DNA from: a virus
IMG/VR virus record: IMGVR_UViG_3300027734_000048
Span: 32,001-96,000 of that record
Strand: one strand, 5' to 3'
DNA: 64,000 bases
Part shown: in pieces, positions 1 to 9,737 of the stretch
Layout: every line of letters begins with the position of its first letter
How positions within the stretch are numbered: the stretch's first letter is position 1
Position numbers and translations under genes: made by a program
The notes under the pieces: model-generated
What the model was told of the DNA's origin: nothing
Database searches by the model: none
The model's input: the letters and a program-made list of their open reading frames with translations, nothing else

Positions 1-2886
1 TACACTTCCTGTTTTATCTAATAGTTCTACTCTTGACCAACCTTTTGCTCTTTTAATAGATTTTACCATACCCATTACAATCAAAGAACCCTTTTCTTCA
101 TAATCCTGAGCCTCTGTTATAAAGCCGTAATAATGAGATGGAACCGTAATATTAAATTCTGGTAGGTTTAAATATTCGTAGAGATTTTGTTTAATCTCTT
201 CGTCATTTCTTGGATTATCATTAAATGTCGCTGCGCCGATAACTCGTAATGCTTGAAGAGCACGAGAGTTAACTCCATTTCCTTTAGTAAAAGTAAACTC
301 TTCAAGTTGAGCATACGAAGAGAAAGGTCTTGCAGAAATGTAACGCTCTGCAATTTTATCGGAAATATACTTAATAGCAGTAAGACCAAATCTAATACCC
401 TTGCCTTCAATTTTAAAATCAATATCTGAGTCATTAATGTGAGGTAGTTTAATGCTAATGCCCATTCTTTTTGCCTCAATAAGGTATTCAGTTCTTGCAT
501 CTTTGTCCTTTTCATTCTTTAGTAGTGAGTACATAAACTCTATTGGATAGTGATACTTAAGCCATGCTGTCCAGTATGATAGCGTTGAGTATGCTACTGC
601 GTGAGACTTATTAAATGAATACCCTGCGTGAGCCTCAAAGTCATGCCAAAGATCTCTAGCCATGTTTGGTGAAACAAACTTAGATGCACCCTCTACAAAC
701 TTTTCTTTAAACTGATCAAACTCTTTAGCATCCTTTTTCTTTCCAATGATTTTTCTAACTTTGTCTGCTTCCGACATGGACATACCGCCAAGCGATACGC
801 ATGCTTGCATAACCTGTTCCTGGTAAAGAATACAACCATATGTTTCCTCCGTAAATTCTTTAAGTACTTGGTGTGTATAACCAATATTTTGACGACCATG
901 CTTACGGTCAATATAATCCTTACCAATTGTATTCATTGCACCTGGACGAACCAAAGCATTTGATGCTGCAAGTTCTGATAGGTTTTTTACACCCATTTTA
1001 ATTAGCAAGTTTGTGTATGGTGCTGCTTCACACTGAAACACACCCTTTGTGTATCCATCTGAAAGCATTTGATATACATTTTTATCATCCATATCTATCT
1101 TAAGAAGGTCAATTTTCTTGTTGTCTCTCTCCTCAATAATATCAAGTGTATCCTTAAGAACTGAAAGAGTTTTTAGTCCCAGTGCATCAATCTTGATTAA
1201 ACCAATCTTTTCAGCCTCTTCCATGTCAACTGCAACAACAGGAATACGCTCATCGCTACCAGTAGAAGAGCGTGTCTCCATTGGTGCGTACCTAAAAATA
1301 GGATCTTTACTAGTGACAACACCAGCAGCGTGGATGCCAGTACCTCTAATACGACCACGAAGTTGTTCTCCATAAATTTCTACCTCTGGATATTTCTCAC
1401 GGAATTCCCGTGTTGTTTTTGATGTGCAATATTCATCCCAAGTATCAACAAGTTTAAGAACTTTATTCACATCAGTAAGTGGAATATTTAAAACTCGTGC
1501 AACATCTCGTACAACACCCTTGTCTTTAAACGAAAGGAATGTCGCAATAGATGCAACATGTCGATATTGTCTAACAAGATAATCTTTTACTTCTTCACGA
1601 CGAGAGTCTTGAATATCTGTATCAATATCTGGAAAGTCATTTCGATCTGGATTAATAAAGCGAAAGAACAATAGTCCATGCTTAATTGGATCAATGTCAG
1701 TAATTCTTAGTGCATAGCATAACAGTGATCCTGCTGCAGATCCACGACCAGGACCCACCATAATCTCTTCTTTTTTTGCCCATGCAATCATATTGCGTAC
1801 AACCAAAAAGTAAGGAGCAAACTTTTTATCTTTAATTACTTGCAACTCTTCATCAAGTCTATCCAAATATTCCTGACCATCTACACCACGCTCAGTTAAT
1901 CCAGCAAGGGCTAGTTCTTTTAATTCTTTATCTGGATTTTTATATTGGACTGGAAGTAGGTCTAGTCCTTCTTGAATTCCATAGTCACCAACTTTTTCAG
2001 CAACCTCTAAAGTATTTGTATAAATATCTGGACGATCAATACCCTGTGCTTCCATAGCAGACTTCATTTCTTCATAAGAAAGCAAATGAATGTCAAACTT
2101 GTTAAATGTGATTTGACGGTCTTCACCATAAAGATAGTCAAGGCGTTCCATCATATTCTCTTTTTTCTTTGACTTTTCAAAAGTGTGTTCTTTATCAATC
2201 TTAACATGTGTATTAAGTAGCAACTTAAACTCTTGAATTTCTTTTTGATCTGTTGAACTGTGATGACAGTCTGGGGTTACAACAACCTTTACACTAAACT
2301 CATCTGCCAATTGAATTAATTGTTTATTTATTTCTGCCTCATTATGTGGCATGACCTCAATATAGTAATCATCATTAAATACACGCTTAAACCATTGAAT
2401 ATAATCTTTTGCTATAGCAAACTCATTATTCTCAAGTGCCTTTACAAGCACACTACTTGGACATGCAGATGTGACAATAATTCCTTCTGAATACTTTTCA
2501 AGAATCTCAAAGTCAAACCTTGGCTTCTTAAAATATCCCTCTGTCCAGGATATCTCACTAATCTTATTTAAATTCTCTAAACCAATTTGGTTCTTGGCGA
2601 GAAGTACTATATGGTTATAAACTAGATCTAGATCTCCGTCTCTTTCAGACTTATCTCTAGTATCAAATCTATCTTTACACATATAGCCTTCTACGCCAAG
2701 TATAGGCTTAATACCCTTTGCTTTTGCAATGCGGTGCAGTTCCCTATGCCCAGATAAAGTACCGTGGTCAGTGATGGCAATTGCTGGCATCCCCAACTCA
2801 ACTGCACGGTCAATGTATTCTTCTGGAGTAGCAATCCCGTCAAATAACGAGTAGTGGGTATGTACGTGTAAGCCTACGTAAGACAT
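1..2886 (-). CDS. dnaE: DNA polymerase III alpha subunit (C-family), 3' end outside window
   Basis: Not in the ORF track because the frame has no stop inside the window. ATG at 2886 reads MSYVGLHVHTHYSLFDG (PHP domain). The same frame gives GRGSAAGSLL, FPDIDTD (catalytic Asps) and GYSFNKSHAVAYS, and stays open to base 1. Confidence 0.96.
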   Translation of the reverse strand, partial: MSYVGLHVHTHYSLFDGIATPEEYIDRAVELGMPAIAITDHGTLSGHRELHRIAKAKGIKPILGVEGYMCKDRFDTRDKSERDGDLDLVYNHIVLLAKNQIGLENLNKISEISWTEGYFKKPRFDFEILEKYSEGIIVTSACPSSVLVKALENNEFAIAKDYIQWFKRVFNDDYYIEVMPHNEAEINKQLIQLADEFSVKVVVTPDCHHSSTDQKEIQEFKLLLNTHVKIDKEHTFEKSKKKENMMERLDYLYGEDRQITFNKFDIHLLSYEEMKSAMEAQGIDRPDIYTNTLEVAEKVGDYGIQEGLDLLPVQYKNPDKELKELALAGLTERGVDGQEYLDRLDEELQVIKDKKFAPYFLVVRNMIAWAKKEEIMVGPGRGSAAGSLLCYALRITDIDPIKHGLLFFRFINPDRNDFPDIDTDIQDSRREEVKDYLVRQYRHVASIATFLSFKDKGVVRDVARVLNIPLTDVNKVLKLVDTWDEYCTSKTTREFREKYPEVEIYGEQLRGRIRGTGIHAAGVVTSKDPIFRYAPMETRSSTGSDERIPVVAVDMEEAEKIGLIKIDALGLKTLSVLKDTLDIIEERDNKKIDLLKIDMDDKNVYQMLSDGYTKGVFQCEAAPYTNLLIKMGVKNLSELAASNALVRPGAMNTIGKDYIDRKHGRQNIGYTHQVLKEFTEETYGCILYQEQVMQACVSLGGMSMSEADKVRKIIGKKKDAKEFDQFKEKFVEGASKFVSPNMARDLWHDFEAHAGYSFNKSHAVAYSTLSYWTAWLKYHYPIEFMYSLLKNEKDKDARTEYLIEAKRMGISIKLPHINDSDIDFKIEGKGIRFGLTAIKYISDKIAERYISARPFSSYAQLEEFTFTKGNGVNSRALQALRVIGAATFNDNPRNDEEIKQNLYEYLNLPEFNITVPSHYYGFITEAQDYEEKGSLIVMGMVKSIKRAKGWSRVELLDKTGSV

Positions 2887-2889
2887 CTA

Positions 2890-3543
2890 TTACCAGTCAA
2901 TATTTGTGCTGGTAACAGAAGGTGTGTCAAATCCAAAGTAGAACGCTTCCTGCTCTGGATATGGAACCTCACGAACAACCTTTTCTAGGTTGAAGAATTC
3001 ATAGCCATCCCATGCAAATGGTTCTGCATCTGGTTTTGATGGTAGAAGTGTGTAATTGGTTTCAGTTCCCTGACCATTACGCTTCAACTTCCACTCAAGA
3101 TTAGAGATGCTACCTGTATCAAGAGCATACTCACGAATGTTGTTGAATGCTGATTGCTTTGAAATTCCTTGTGACCAAACAGCAATATATGGATCTTCAA
3201 GTCCATCGTTGATTAGCACATTGCAGTAAAAACGAAGTCGTGCTCTCCAGCCTGACTTTGGTTCTTTACGTGCCATTTCGCAACCGAAACAACGACCTTC
3301 TGATTCTTGTGTACAAGCAGCCTTACGCTTGTAATCCTTTGGATTTGTGTGTTCTGAAACTACTACAGAAAGGCCACGGGCTTCTGAATAGTTTGCTGAG
3401 TCTTGGTCTAGTTCTTCAACAAAACGAACCTTTCCTGATTGTCCGTCAGCCAACTTAACCCAACGAACCTTTTGTCCTGTTCCTTCATACTTTGGTTTTT
3501 CGAGCAGGGCGTTGATGTCTTTTAATCCCTTAATTACGCTCAT
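2890..3543 (-). CDS. single-stranded DNA-binding protein (gp32-like, Zn-binding)
   Basis: H..C..CxxC motif, OB-like core, acidic/aromatic C-terminal tail (TNIDW), strong AGGAG RBS, located between primase and polymerase. Confidence 0.7.
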   Translation of the reverse strand: MSVIKGLKDINALLEKPKYEGTGQKVRWVKLADGQSGKVRFVEELDQDSANYSEARGLSVVVSEHTNPKDYKRKAACTQESEGRCFGCEMARKEPKSGWRARLRFYCNVLINDGLEDPYIAVWSQGISKQSAFNNIREYALDTGSISNLEWKLKRNGQGTETNYTLLPSKPDAEPFAWDGYEFFNLEKVVREVPYPEQEAFYFGFDTPSVTSTNIDW

Positions 3544-3566
3544 ATATTTCTCCTTTGTTTGTTATA

Positions 3567-4511
3567 TTAGTTTAGCATAGAGATGATGTCTTTGTCAAAT
3601 GAAACTTCCAATTTCTTGATATCTTCATCTGACATATCACCAATATCCTTATATTCTTTATTTAATTGTATAATGGAAACACGAGATCCAAGTTTTTCAA
3701 TTATCTTAGTTTTCATATTTCCTCCCGCCTCATCATTATCCGCAATAACAATAATGTTATTGAAATACTTTTGAAGCAATTCTATTTGTAGGTTTGATAC
3801 ATTAGATCCAAGTGTGGCAACTGCTGGAAACCCTACTTGGTCTAAACGAATAGCATCAAACGAAGATTCAACGACATAAACTTTATCTGCAGTTTTTACA
3901 CGATTTAAATTAAACAATGTTTTTGCTTTTGGCAGTCCTGGAGTATTCTTAAATTCTTTTCCTTCTATTGATCTACCAACAAAACCGACTGACATTCCAT
4001 CTGGACTATGCACTGGAACTGTCACCATGTCCTGTTTTTCTGAATAGCCAAGAGAAAACTTAGACCATGAAGATGTAGAAATTTTACGATATTTAAAATA
4101 GTCTTTTGCTCTATCTGATGCAAGCAATCCGTTATACAAACGCTTAATAATTAATTCATCAAATGGAACAAAGTCTGGCTTTGTAACAAGTTTCTGACTG
4201 ATGTCACGCTCTAGATCTTGCTGAGTTTCTTTTGTTTTAATAAATCTAATAGACTCAAAATAAGATCTTCCAGAGGTGTGCATTACAAATTCTACAAGGT
4301 CTGCAACATGATGACAGGAAAAACAAAAGAAGGTTCCATTATTCTTATCAATTTCTCCAGCAGGGGTCCTATTGTTATTATGGTAAGGACAAAAAATAAT
4401 ATAGTCTGAATCAACCTCAGACTCTACGGTTATACCTGTTCCTGCGAGAACTCTTTTGATTTGTTCTTTTGTATATATATTGGCTTGTTTACGTCTATCC
4501 CTGCTATCCAT
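3567..4511 (-). CDS. dnaG: DNA primase (CHC2 zinc finger + TOPRIM)
   Basis: CPYH...FCFSC zinc finger; VVESSFD and ADNDEAG TOPRIM motifs. Confidence 0.9.
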   Translation of the reverse strand: MDSRDRRKQANIYTKEQIKRVLAGTGITVESEVDSDYIIFCPYHNNNRTPAGEIDKNNGTFFCFSCHHVADLVEFVMHTSGRSYFESIRFIKTKETQQDLERDISQKLVTKPDFVPFDELIIKRLYNGLLASDRAKDYFKYRKISTSSWSKFSLGYSEKQDMVTVPVHSPDGMSVGFVGRSIEGKEFKNTPGLPKAKTLFNLNRVKTADKVYVVESSFDAIRLDQVGFPAVATLGSNVSNLQIELLQKYFNNIIVIADNDEAGGNMKTKIIEKLGSRVSIIQLNKEYKDIGDMSDEDIKKLEVSFDKDIISMLN

Positions 4512-4756
4512 TCGCTTTTCCTTTTCCCTGCGTATACTCCGTGTACTGATATTTCAAATTCAAAATATTGTTTTTTTTCATTATAGTCTATAGTAAAATC
4601 TGGATCAATGTCAATTCTTGGCACATAGCCACAGAGACGCATCTCTGAAACAAGCAACCTTGTATATTCACCCTTTAACCTACCAAGGGCAGATTCATCA
4701 TGGATGATGCCATCCAAACTAAATCTTTTAATTGTCTTGTGGTGAAAATTTGACAT
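4430..4756 (-). CDS. hypothetical protein
   Basis: 108-aa ORF with TATAAT 5 nt upstream of the ATG; overlaps the primase start by 82 nt. Confidence 0.65.
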   Translation of the reverse strand: MSNFHHKTIKRFSLDGIIHDESALGRLKGEYTRLLVSEMRLCGYVPRIDIDPDFTIDYNEKKQYFEFEISVHGVYAGKRKSEWIAGIDVNKPIYIQKNKSKEFSQEQV

Positions 4757-4768
4757 ACCATATTATAA

Positions 4769-5989
4769 CTACTTATCTTCAAAATCTTTATATCTATAGT
4801 ATCCCTTATCAAAATCTACCTGCACAAGGAAATCCCCCATAAATCCATGACGGTTCTTTCTAAAGGCACATTCAATAACATCACTATTTGCAGCACGACC
4901 AAGGGCAATAACCCAGTCTGCATCGTATGCAATCTGTCTAGACCATGCTGTTTGACCTAGTGTAGGGACCGTAGAAAGGTCATTGACATCATCTGGTGTA
5001 GCAGATGAGATAGCAATAATAGGAACCTCTTCACCAATAGCCATTAGTTTTAGTTCTCGTGAAAGATTCTTCATTCGTACTGTTTCATTGTCTGACTTCT
5101 GATTAGGAGCCATCAACTGAAGGTAGTCAACGATTACAAAATCTGGCTTATACTGGTCAATCTTTCCACGAAGAACCGAAGGATTAATCTCGCCACCTTG
5201 ATCATTAGAAATAATATGGAACTCAGGCTTGCCCTGAAGGTTCTTTGCATGCCACGATTTCAGCATGTCTAACTCAATCTCACCATTTGAAATCTTTCTA
5301 TGTGACCAAAGACCTTCACCCATGATTGTGAATACACGGTTACGCACTTCTGTTTCTGACATCTCAAGTGAGATTACAAGGGGTGTCTTACCCTGTTTCC
5401 AGGCCTGTACAGCAAAGTATAGAGCCATCCATGACTTTCCTATACCTGGGTATGCTAAAAAGACTCCTAGTTGACCTGGCATAATTCCTGCTGGAAGATA
5501 GTTGTCAAATCCTGGAAGATTAGTTTTAATTCCAACCTTGCCAAGTGCCTGCTGCTCTTTCATATTTTCAAAGTATGCGATTGCGGATTCAAGATCTGTT
5601 ACATCAATATCACGAATTGCGGAAGTATTCTTTTTTAATTCTGATGTTTGTGTAATGAGTGAGTCTAAAGCCTTTACTCCTTCACCCTGCTGAACATCTG
5701 TAGCAGCAGAACGAAGAATGTCCTTTAGGCTATCGTTTAAGTATTCTGTTTGAAGTTCTTCCAAGTGGTGCTTTGTTGCTCCAACACCTTGGATAGGCTC
5801 AAAATCTCTAAATTTTTCAACAACCAAAGAAACTGGAGGAACTGCAGAGTTGTGCTCAAAATAATTTCTTACAAAATTCCAAACATCGTTATGGGTTCTA
5901 AGAAGGTTGTCTATATTTGCTTGAAGCAAAACATGAACTTGCTTATCTTCAAGAACTGCAGTGATCAATTTTGCTTCTGTATTATTCAC
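4769..5989 (-). CDS. dnaB: replicative DNA helicase (DnaB-like)
   Basis: Walker A AYPGIGKS, SLEMS, IVDYLQLM, DAD and KNRHG motifs. Confidence 0.95.
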   Translation of the reverse strand: MNNTEAKLITAVLEDKQVHVLLQANIDNLLRTHNDVWNFVRNYFEHNSAVPPVSLVVEKFRDFEPIQGVGATKHHLEELQTEYLNDSLKDILRSAATDVQQGEGVKALDSLITQTSELKKNTSAIRDIDVTDLESAIAYFENMKEQQALGKVGIKTNLPGFDNYLPAGIMPGQLGVFLAYPGIGKSWMALYFAVQAWKQGKTPLVISLEMSETEVRNRVFTIMGEGLWSHRKISNGEIELDMLKSWHAKNLQGKPEFHIISNDQGGEINPSVLRGKIDQYKPDFVIVDYLQLMAPNQKSDNETVRMKNLSRELKLMAIGEEVPIIAISSATPDDVNDLSTVPTLGQTAWSRQIAYDADWVIALGRAANSDVIECAFRKNRHGFMGDFLVQVDFDKGYYRYKDFEDK

Positions 5990-6290
5990 TTAACCACTCC
6001 TTAGCCATTCTTCTTCTTTCCGCTCTTTCTTTATCATCCTGCTGCTTATCTAATCTTGCTTGTAATATTTTTTCTGCATTGTACGCAAAGTAATTCCAAG
6101 AAGGAGACTGAGCGACACCAAAGTAGTACTCAAGAAGATCGTAGCACTGTCCTATTCCGTATGACTCAATAAGGGCATCTGAAGCCCATTGCTCTACATT
6201 TAAATTTAACGATGGCTTTTGCTCATACTTTGCAGTATGGAACTTGCTGTAGCGTGAAAGCAAAGCCATTCGGTCTTTGCGTTCTGCCAT
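5982..6290 (-). CDS. hypothetical protein (possible helicase partner)
   Basis: 102-aa ORF overlapping the dnaB start. Confidence 0.6.
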   Translation of the reverse strand: MAERKDRMALLSRYSKFHTAKYEQKPSLNLNVEQWASDALIESYGIGQCYDLLEYYFGVAQSPSWNYFAYNAEKILQARLDKQQDDKERAERRRMAKEWLSE

Positions 6291-6496
6291 TATTCTGCGA
6301 TTTCAGACTTTGCTTCGTTAATCTTTTCAGTTAACTTATCTTCTACAAACTTGTAAACACGCTCAAAAGCATCGTTTGTATTTTCACCTTCACGCTTAGA
6401 ATCAATCACATTAAGATCAATCCTTAGTGACTGAAAGTTACCAAGGTTAAGTGTATACCCCAAAGTAACTCCAACTTTAGTGTCTTCGTTTTGCAT
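6290..6496 (-). CDS. conserved phage hypothetical protein
   Basis: TLNLGNFQSLRID motif; ATG at 6496 has an AAGGGG RBS (the ORF track start 6532 is probably too long). Confidence 0.65.
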   Translation of the reverse strand: MQNEDTKVGVTLGYTLNLGNFQSLRIDLNVIDSKREGENTNDAFERVYKFVEDKLTEKINEAKSEIAE

Positions 6497-6513
6497 TTCA
6501 TACCCCTTTATTA

Positions 6514-7056
6514 TTAAATAGATTCTCCCCAAATAGGGATAAACCTTCCATCTTCAGTTCTTGTATATGTAATTATACCGTCCCCCATCCGTCTTGTCAA
6601 CTCTTGTGTGGATGGTGTAATATCATTTGTTATTAAATTGTCTTTTCTTGGTCTACCAATATGGTACGTAGCAAGTATATCACGTATCTCCCGTACCTGC
6701 GATTCTGAGTAATATGATCTAACCTGAAACCCCCTTGCTCCGCCTTTTTGTGATCCAGTAGGGAAAGGAATGATTCCTCGTTTCATTAGTGATGGCATAT
6801 ATTTTTTATGACGATTAACTAAATCAGCAGTCTGACCTACAGTATATGCTCGTTCACGATTTTTTTTAAAATCATTAATTAAACAACTTTCGATTTGATC
6901 TTTTGTAATATTATAAACAGACATAATGCCATTAGACCTGTTGAGGTGATGTACTCTAACTAGATCACCATTCAAAAACCAAACCTTTTTGTTACCAGGA
7001 ATTACAGGGGAGAGATTGTAGTTTTCGCTCTCAATTTTTCCTTTTCTAGTAGCCAT
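6514..7056 (-). CDS. MerR-like helix-turn-helix DNA-binding protein
   Basis: AYTVGQTADLVNRH...GIIP...RSYYSESQV resembles the MerR/excisionase wHTH pattern. Confidence 0.6.
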   Translation of the reverse strand: MATRKGKIESENYNLSPVIPGNKKVWFLNGDLVRVHHLNRSNGIMSVYNITKDQIESCLINDFKKNRERAYTVGQTADLVNRHKKYMPSLMKRGIIPFPTGSQKGGARGFQVRSYYSESQVREIRDILATYHIGRPRKDNLITNDITPSTQELTRRMGDGIITYTRTEDGRFIPIWGESI

Positions 7057-7193
7057 CGCCCCTCTTTTGATTGCTCAGGTGGATTAAAAAATTTTCTAGA
7101 TCCACAGTACATACAGTATGTTTCTAAATGAGAAACTGAAGTATACTGTCTATCAACAAACATTCTTTTATTACATCTATCACATTTAATCAT
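7002..7193 (-). CDS. small zinc-ribbon protein
   Basis: CDRC...CMYCG. Confidence 0.6.
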   Translation of the reverse strand: MIKCDRCNKRMFVDRQYTSVSHLETYCMYCGSRKFFNPPEQSKEGRWLLEKEKLRAKTTISPL

Positions 7194-7196
7194 TAT

Positions 7197-7640
7197 TTAG
7201 TTAGGTATTCCAATAATTATAATATTGACATCAACTGACATATCACCAGTTGTACCAAACCTTACAATTCCATCAACCTTAGAGGTTGTTATATTTTTTA
7301 AAACTACTGATACATTCTTACCAGCATCTGTTCCACCAGTGTTAACTGGGGTTGCAGTTGCAATGGGTGCATACTTAAAGTCTGTTGGGAAGTCATATGA
7401 AAATGCTACTTCTGTTCCTGCTTGTCGTGTTGAACTATTTACTACATTTACATACCCGCCAATAATTCTAGCCTCGGAAGCCTTAACGCTTTGCTTTCCA
7501 ACACCAGGGGTATCTACTGTTACATATTTATATGTTGCTGGAGATATTTGTGATGATAAATCATTAACAGTATTTGCTAATTGATAAATATAAGCAACAT
7601 CTAGTGGTTGCCCTCTTTCAGGTAAAGGTAATTTTGCCAT
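7197..7640 (-). CDS. minor tail protein
   Basis: C-terminal F-P-x-x-F..P....T...IIIG beta domain typical of fibre tips; end of tail module. Confidence 0.55.
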   Translation of the reverse strand: MAKLPLPERGQPLDVAYIYQLANTVNDLSSQISPATYKYVTVDTPGVGKQSVKASEARIIGGYVNVVNSSTRQAGTEVAFSYDFPTDFKYAPIATATPVNTGGTDAGKNVSVVLKNITTSKVDGIVRFGTTGDMSVDVNIIIIGIPN

Positions 7641-7650
7641 GGTTATATAA

Positions 7651-8091
7651 TTATACCACTAAGTCAATCTGGTTGGATTCAAAAAGTGTAGCAGAACTAA
7701 ATCTTTCTTTTGGAAAAGTTGGTATTTGTGCTGCAACTTTTACCTTTGTGGCACCATTCTTAATTACACTAGCATAGATTGTTGAATATACAGTTGTAAC
7801 ATATTTCCACTCTTCATTATCCCACTTAATATAAATATCAAACTCAGACTTTATAGTATTATCTGGTGTCCAAACTGCTGTTATAGTTGAACCAGATTTA
7901 GTCACAGAAAAAGGTACAGTAGTTGTATTTGGTATAGCGACTCTATATTTTTGTGACCAATAAGAATATCTATTTTTATCATCACTGACAATTCTGTATC
8001 TAACCACATAGTCTTGTCCAACACCAGATATTTCTGGTAATGAAGATTTTGATATAATAACCTTTTTTACTCTAGAGTTTTCTTGTGCCAT
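7651..8091 (-). CDS. putative virion structural protein
   Basis: YVVRYRIVSDDKNRYSYWS FN3-like pattern; tail module context. Confidence 0.5.
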   Translation of the reverse strand: MAQENSRVKKVIISKSSLPEISGVGQDYVVRYRIVSDDKNRYSYWSQKYRVAIPNTTTVPFSVTKSGSTITAVWTPDNTIKSEFDIYIKWDNEEWKYVTTVYSTIYASVIKNGATKVKVAAQIPTFPKERFSSATLFESNQIDLVV

Positions 8092-9248
8092 TATTGAACA
8101 TCCAAGGCAAACCTAAATTCAATATAGTTTGTTGTGTTTGCAGATTTTACAATAGTTGCTGCATCTTTATTTTTAATAACAGAATATCCAGTCATTCCAT
8201 AAAGTGGGTTTGACGAACTTGTATTTTCAAGTTTTAAAGCATCTAAGGCAATATAAAAGTTATCTGTTGGGCTGCCATTGTCTGTGACACATGCATAAAT
8301 CTTAACAACATCAACCTGACTCCATGTAAAGCCAGCACTCTTATATAATTCTTGTAGTTGTTTTGTTGCTACAACATATCTATTTGTAGCAAAATTATGC
8401 TGATCTATTCTAGTTCCATTATTAATATTTACCTGAAATCTTGCAAATTGACCGACAAGCGAATCAGAAGAAGAAAACTCTACCATTATTCTAACATTGT
8501 CTGGAACACTTGTTGATTCTCCATCTTTATTAACTACCGCAAAAGATAGTTTAATTTCATCAGTAGGTGAGTTTTTATTAAAGTCTAGTATTGCACCAGT
8601 CAAATGTATATGCTCTGAGTTATCTCCTATTACTAAATTTCCAGATCCATCAATAGTTAGCGTGGAAGAATTTCCCTTAAGCATAATTGTATTATTTAAA
8701 AATCTACATCTTTCATATCTTAAAACTCTTCCTTGATCTGTAAAAATTCTGTTATCTGCGTTTGTTTGAAAAACTTTTGCAACAACTTGAGATCCTTCTC
8801 TTGTAGCCATAACATCACTAATTATATTATTTGAATCATTGTCTAGTGGTGTATACTTTACTGGAATTTGATATGCACCCTGGGCATCGTGGTGTTCCCA
8901 ATTTTCATCTTGTGTAAAAGCATAAATAGATTTACTATCATAGGCACCTGCAGCAGTATTAGATCCCGCAGAAAAAATACCAACTTCGCTAATCTCATAT
9001 CTTTCTTCACTTGGCAATTCTGCAGTTAAAACAATTTTTGTAATTCCATCTTCGCTCACATAACCTCTTGAAGTAATCGGTACACGGAACATCTCAAAAT
9101 CAAGTCTTTCTTTAGTTGAATAATCGCCAAGAACTGCGTCAGAGTTTAAAGGCCTTGAACCGCAGCCAATAGCAATATACGAGGCATAGGCAGAAGCCTG
9201 ACCAAGTAGATATTTGGCTAAAATATTTTTTCCAGTATTAGTAATCAT
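8091..9248 (-). CDS. minor tail/baseplate protein
   Basis: MITNTGK...YIAIG...ISEVGIF N-terminus like tail-collar/baseplate proteins. Confidence 0.6.
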   Translation of the reverse strand: MITNTGKNILAKYLLGQASAYASYIAIGCGSRPLNSDAVLGDYSTKERLDFEMFRVPITSRGYVSEDGITKIVLTAELPSEERYEISEVGIFSAGSNTAAGAYDSKSIYAFTQDENWEHHDAQGAYQIPVKYTPLDNDSNNIISDVMATREGSQVVAKVFQTNADNRIFTDQGRVLRYERCRFLNNTIMLKGNSSTLTIDGSGNLVIGDNSEHIHLTGAILDFNKNSPTDEIKLSFAVVNKDGESTSVPDNVRIMVEFSSSDSLVGQFARFQVNINNGTRIDQHNFATNRYVVATKQLQELYKSAGFTWSQVDVVKIYACVTDNGSPTDNFYIALDALKLENTSSSNPLYGMTGYSVIKNKDAATIVKSANTTNYIEFRFALDVQ

Positions 9249-9736
9249 TATTGCACCTCATATATTGTATCATTAAAAAATTTTCCATTTCTTAGTATTT
9301 GAACTTCTACTTGCTCATCATCCTCTACATTTACTAGTTCAATAACTAGATTTCCCGTAGCCTCATCGATGTAAACTGTTGATCCATTTTCTCCTGTTCC
9401 AGTGGTTGGAACTTTGTTTGCTGCATTAATTGGAAATTTTTTAAAATAGTTCTCAGATGTATCTTGTAGGGCCAAAATATTTTGCGGATTATACTGATAG
9501 TTAATGCTTGCCAAATTTTTAATTGGTTGATAAATAATATCCTGACCATTAACAATGTCAGTTCTGGATATATTAATAATTTCTTGACCACCTATATCTT
9601 CAAATATAAGATCAGTCATTACCTCTAAAGGTGTTTCATCATAACTTGTAATTATAAGGTTGGTGGTTGCAGCAAGTACCCCTGTATCTGCGTTAGATGC
9701 AGTAGTATCTGGTGTAAGTGGTATTGCACTTGCCAT
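9248..9736 (-). CDS. putative tail protein
   Basis: 162-aa ORF translationally coupled within the tail module. Confidence 0.5.
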   Translation of the reverse strand: MASAIPLTPDTTASNADTGVLAATTNLIITSYDETPLEVMTDLIFEDIGGQEIINISRTDIVNGQDIIYQPIKNLASINYQYNPQNILALQDTSENYFKKFPINAANKVPTTGTGENGSTVYIDEATGNLVIELVNVEDDEQVEVQILRNGKFFNDTIYEVQ

Positions 9737-9737
9737 A

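Noticed and set aside
168-1375. ORF-track calls 168..515, 693..926 and 1118..1375
   Set aside because: They are alternative-frame or antisense shadows inside dnaE
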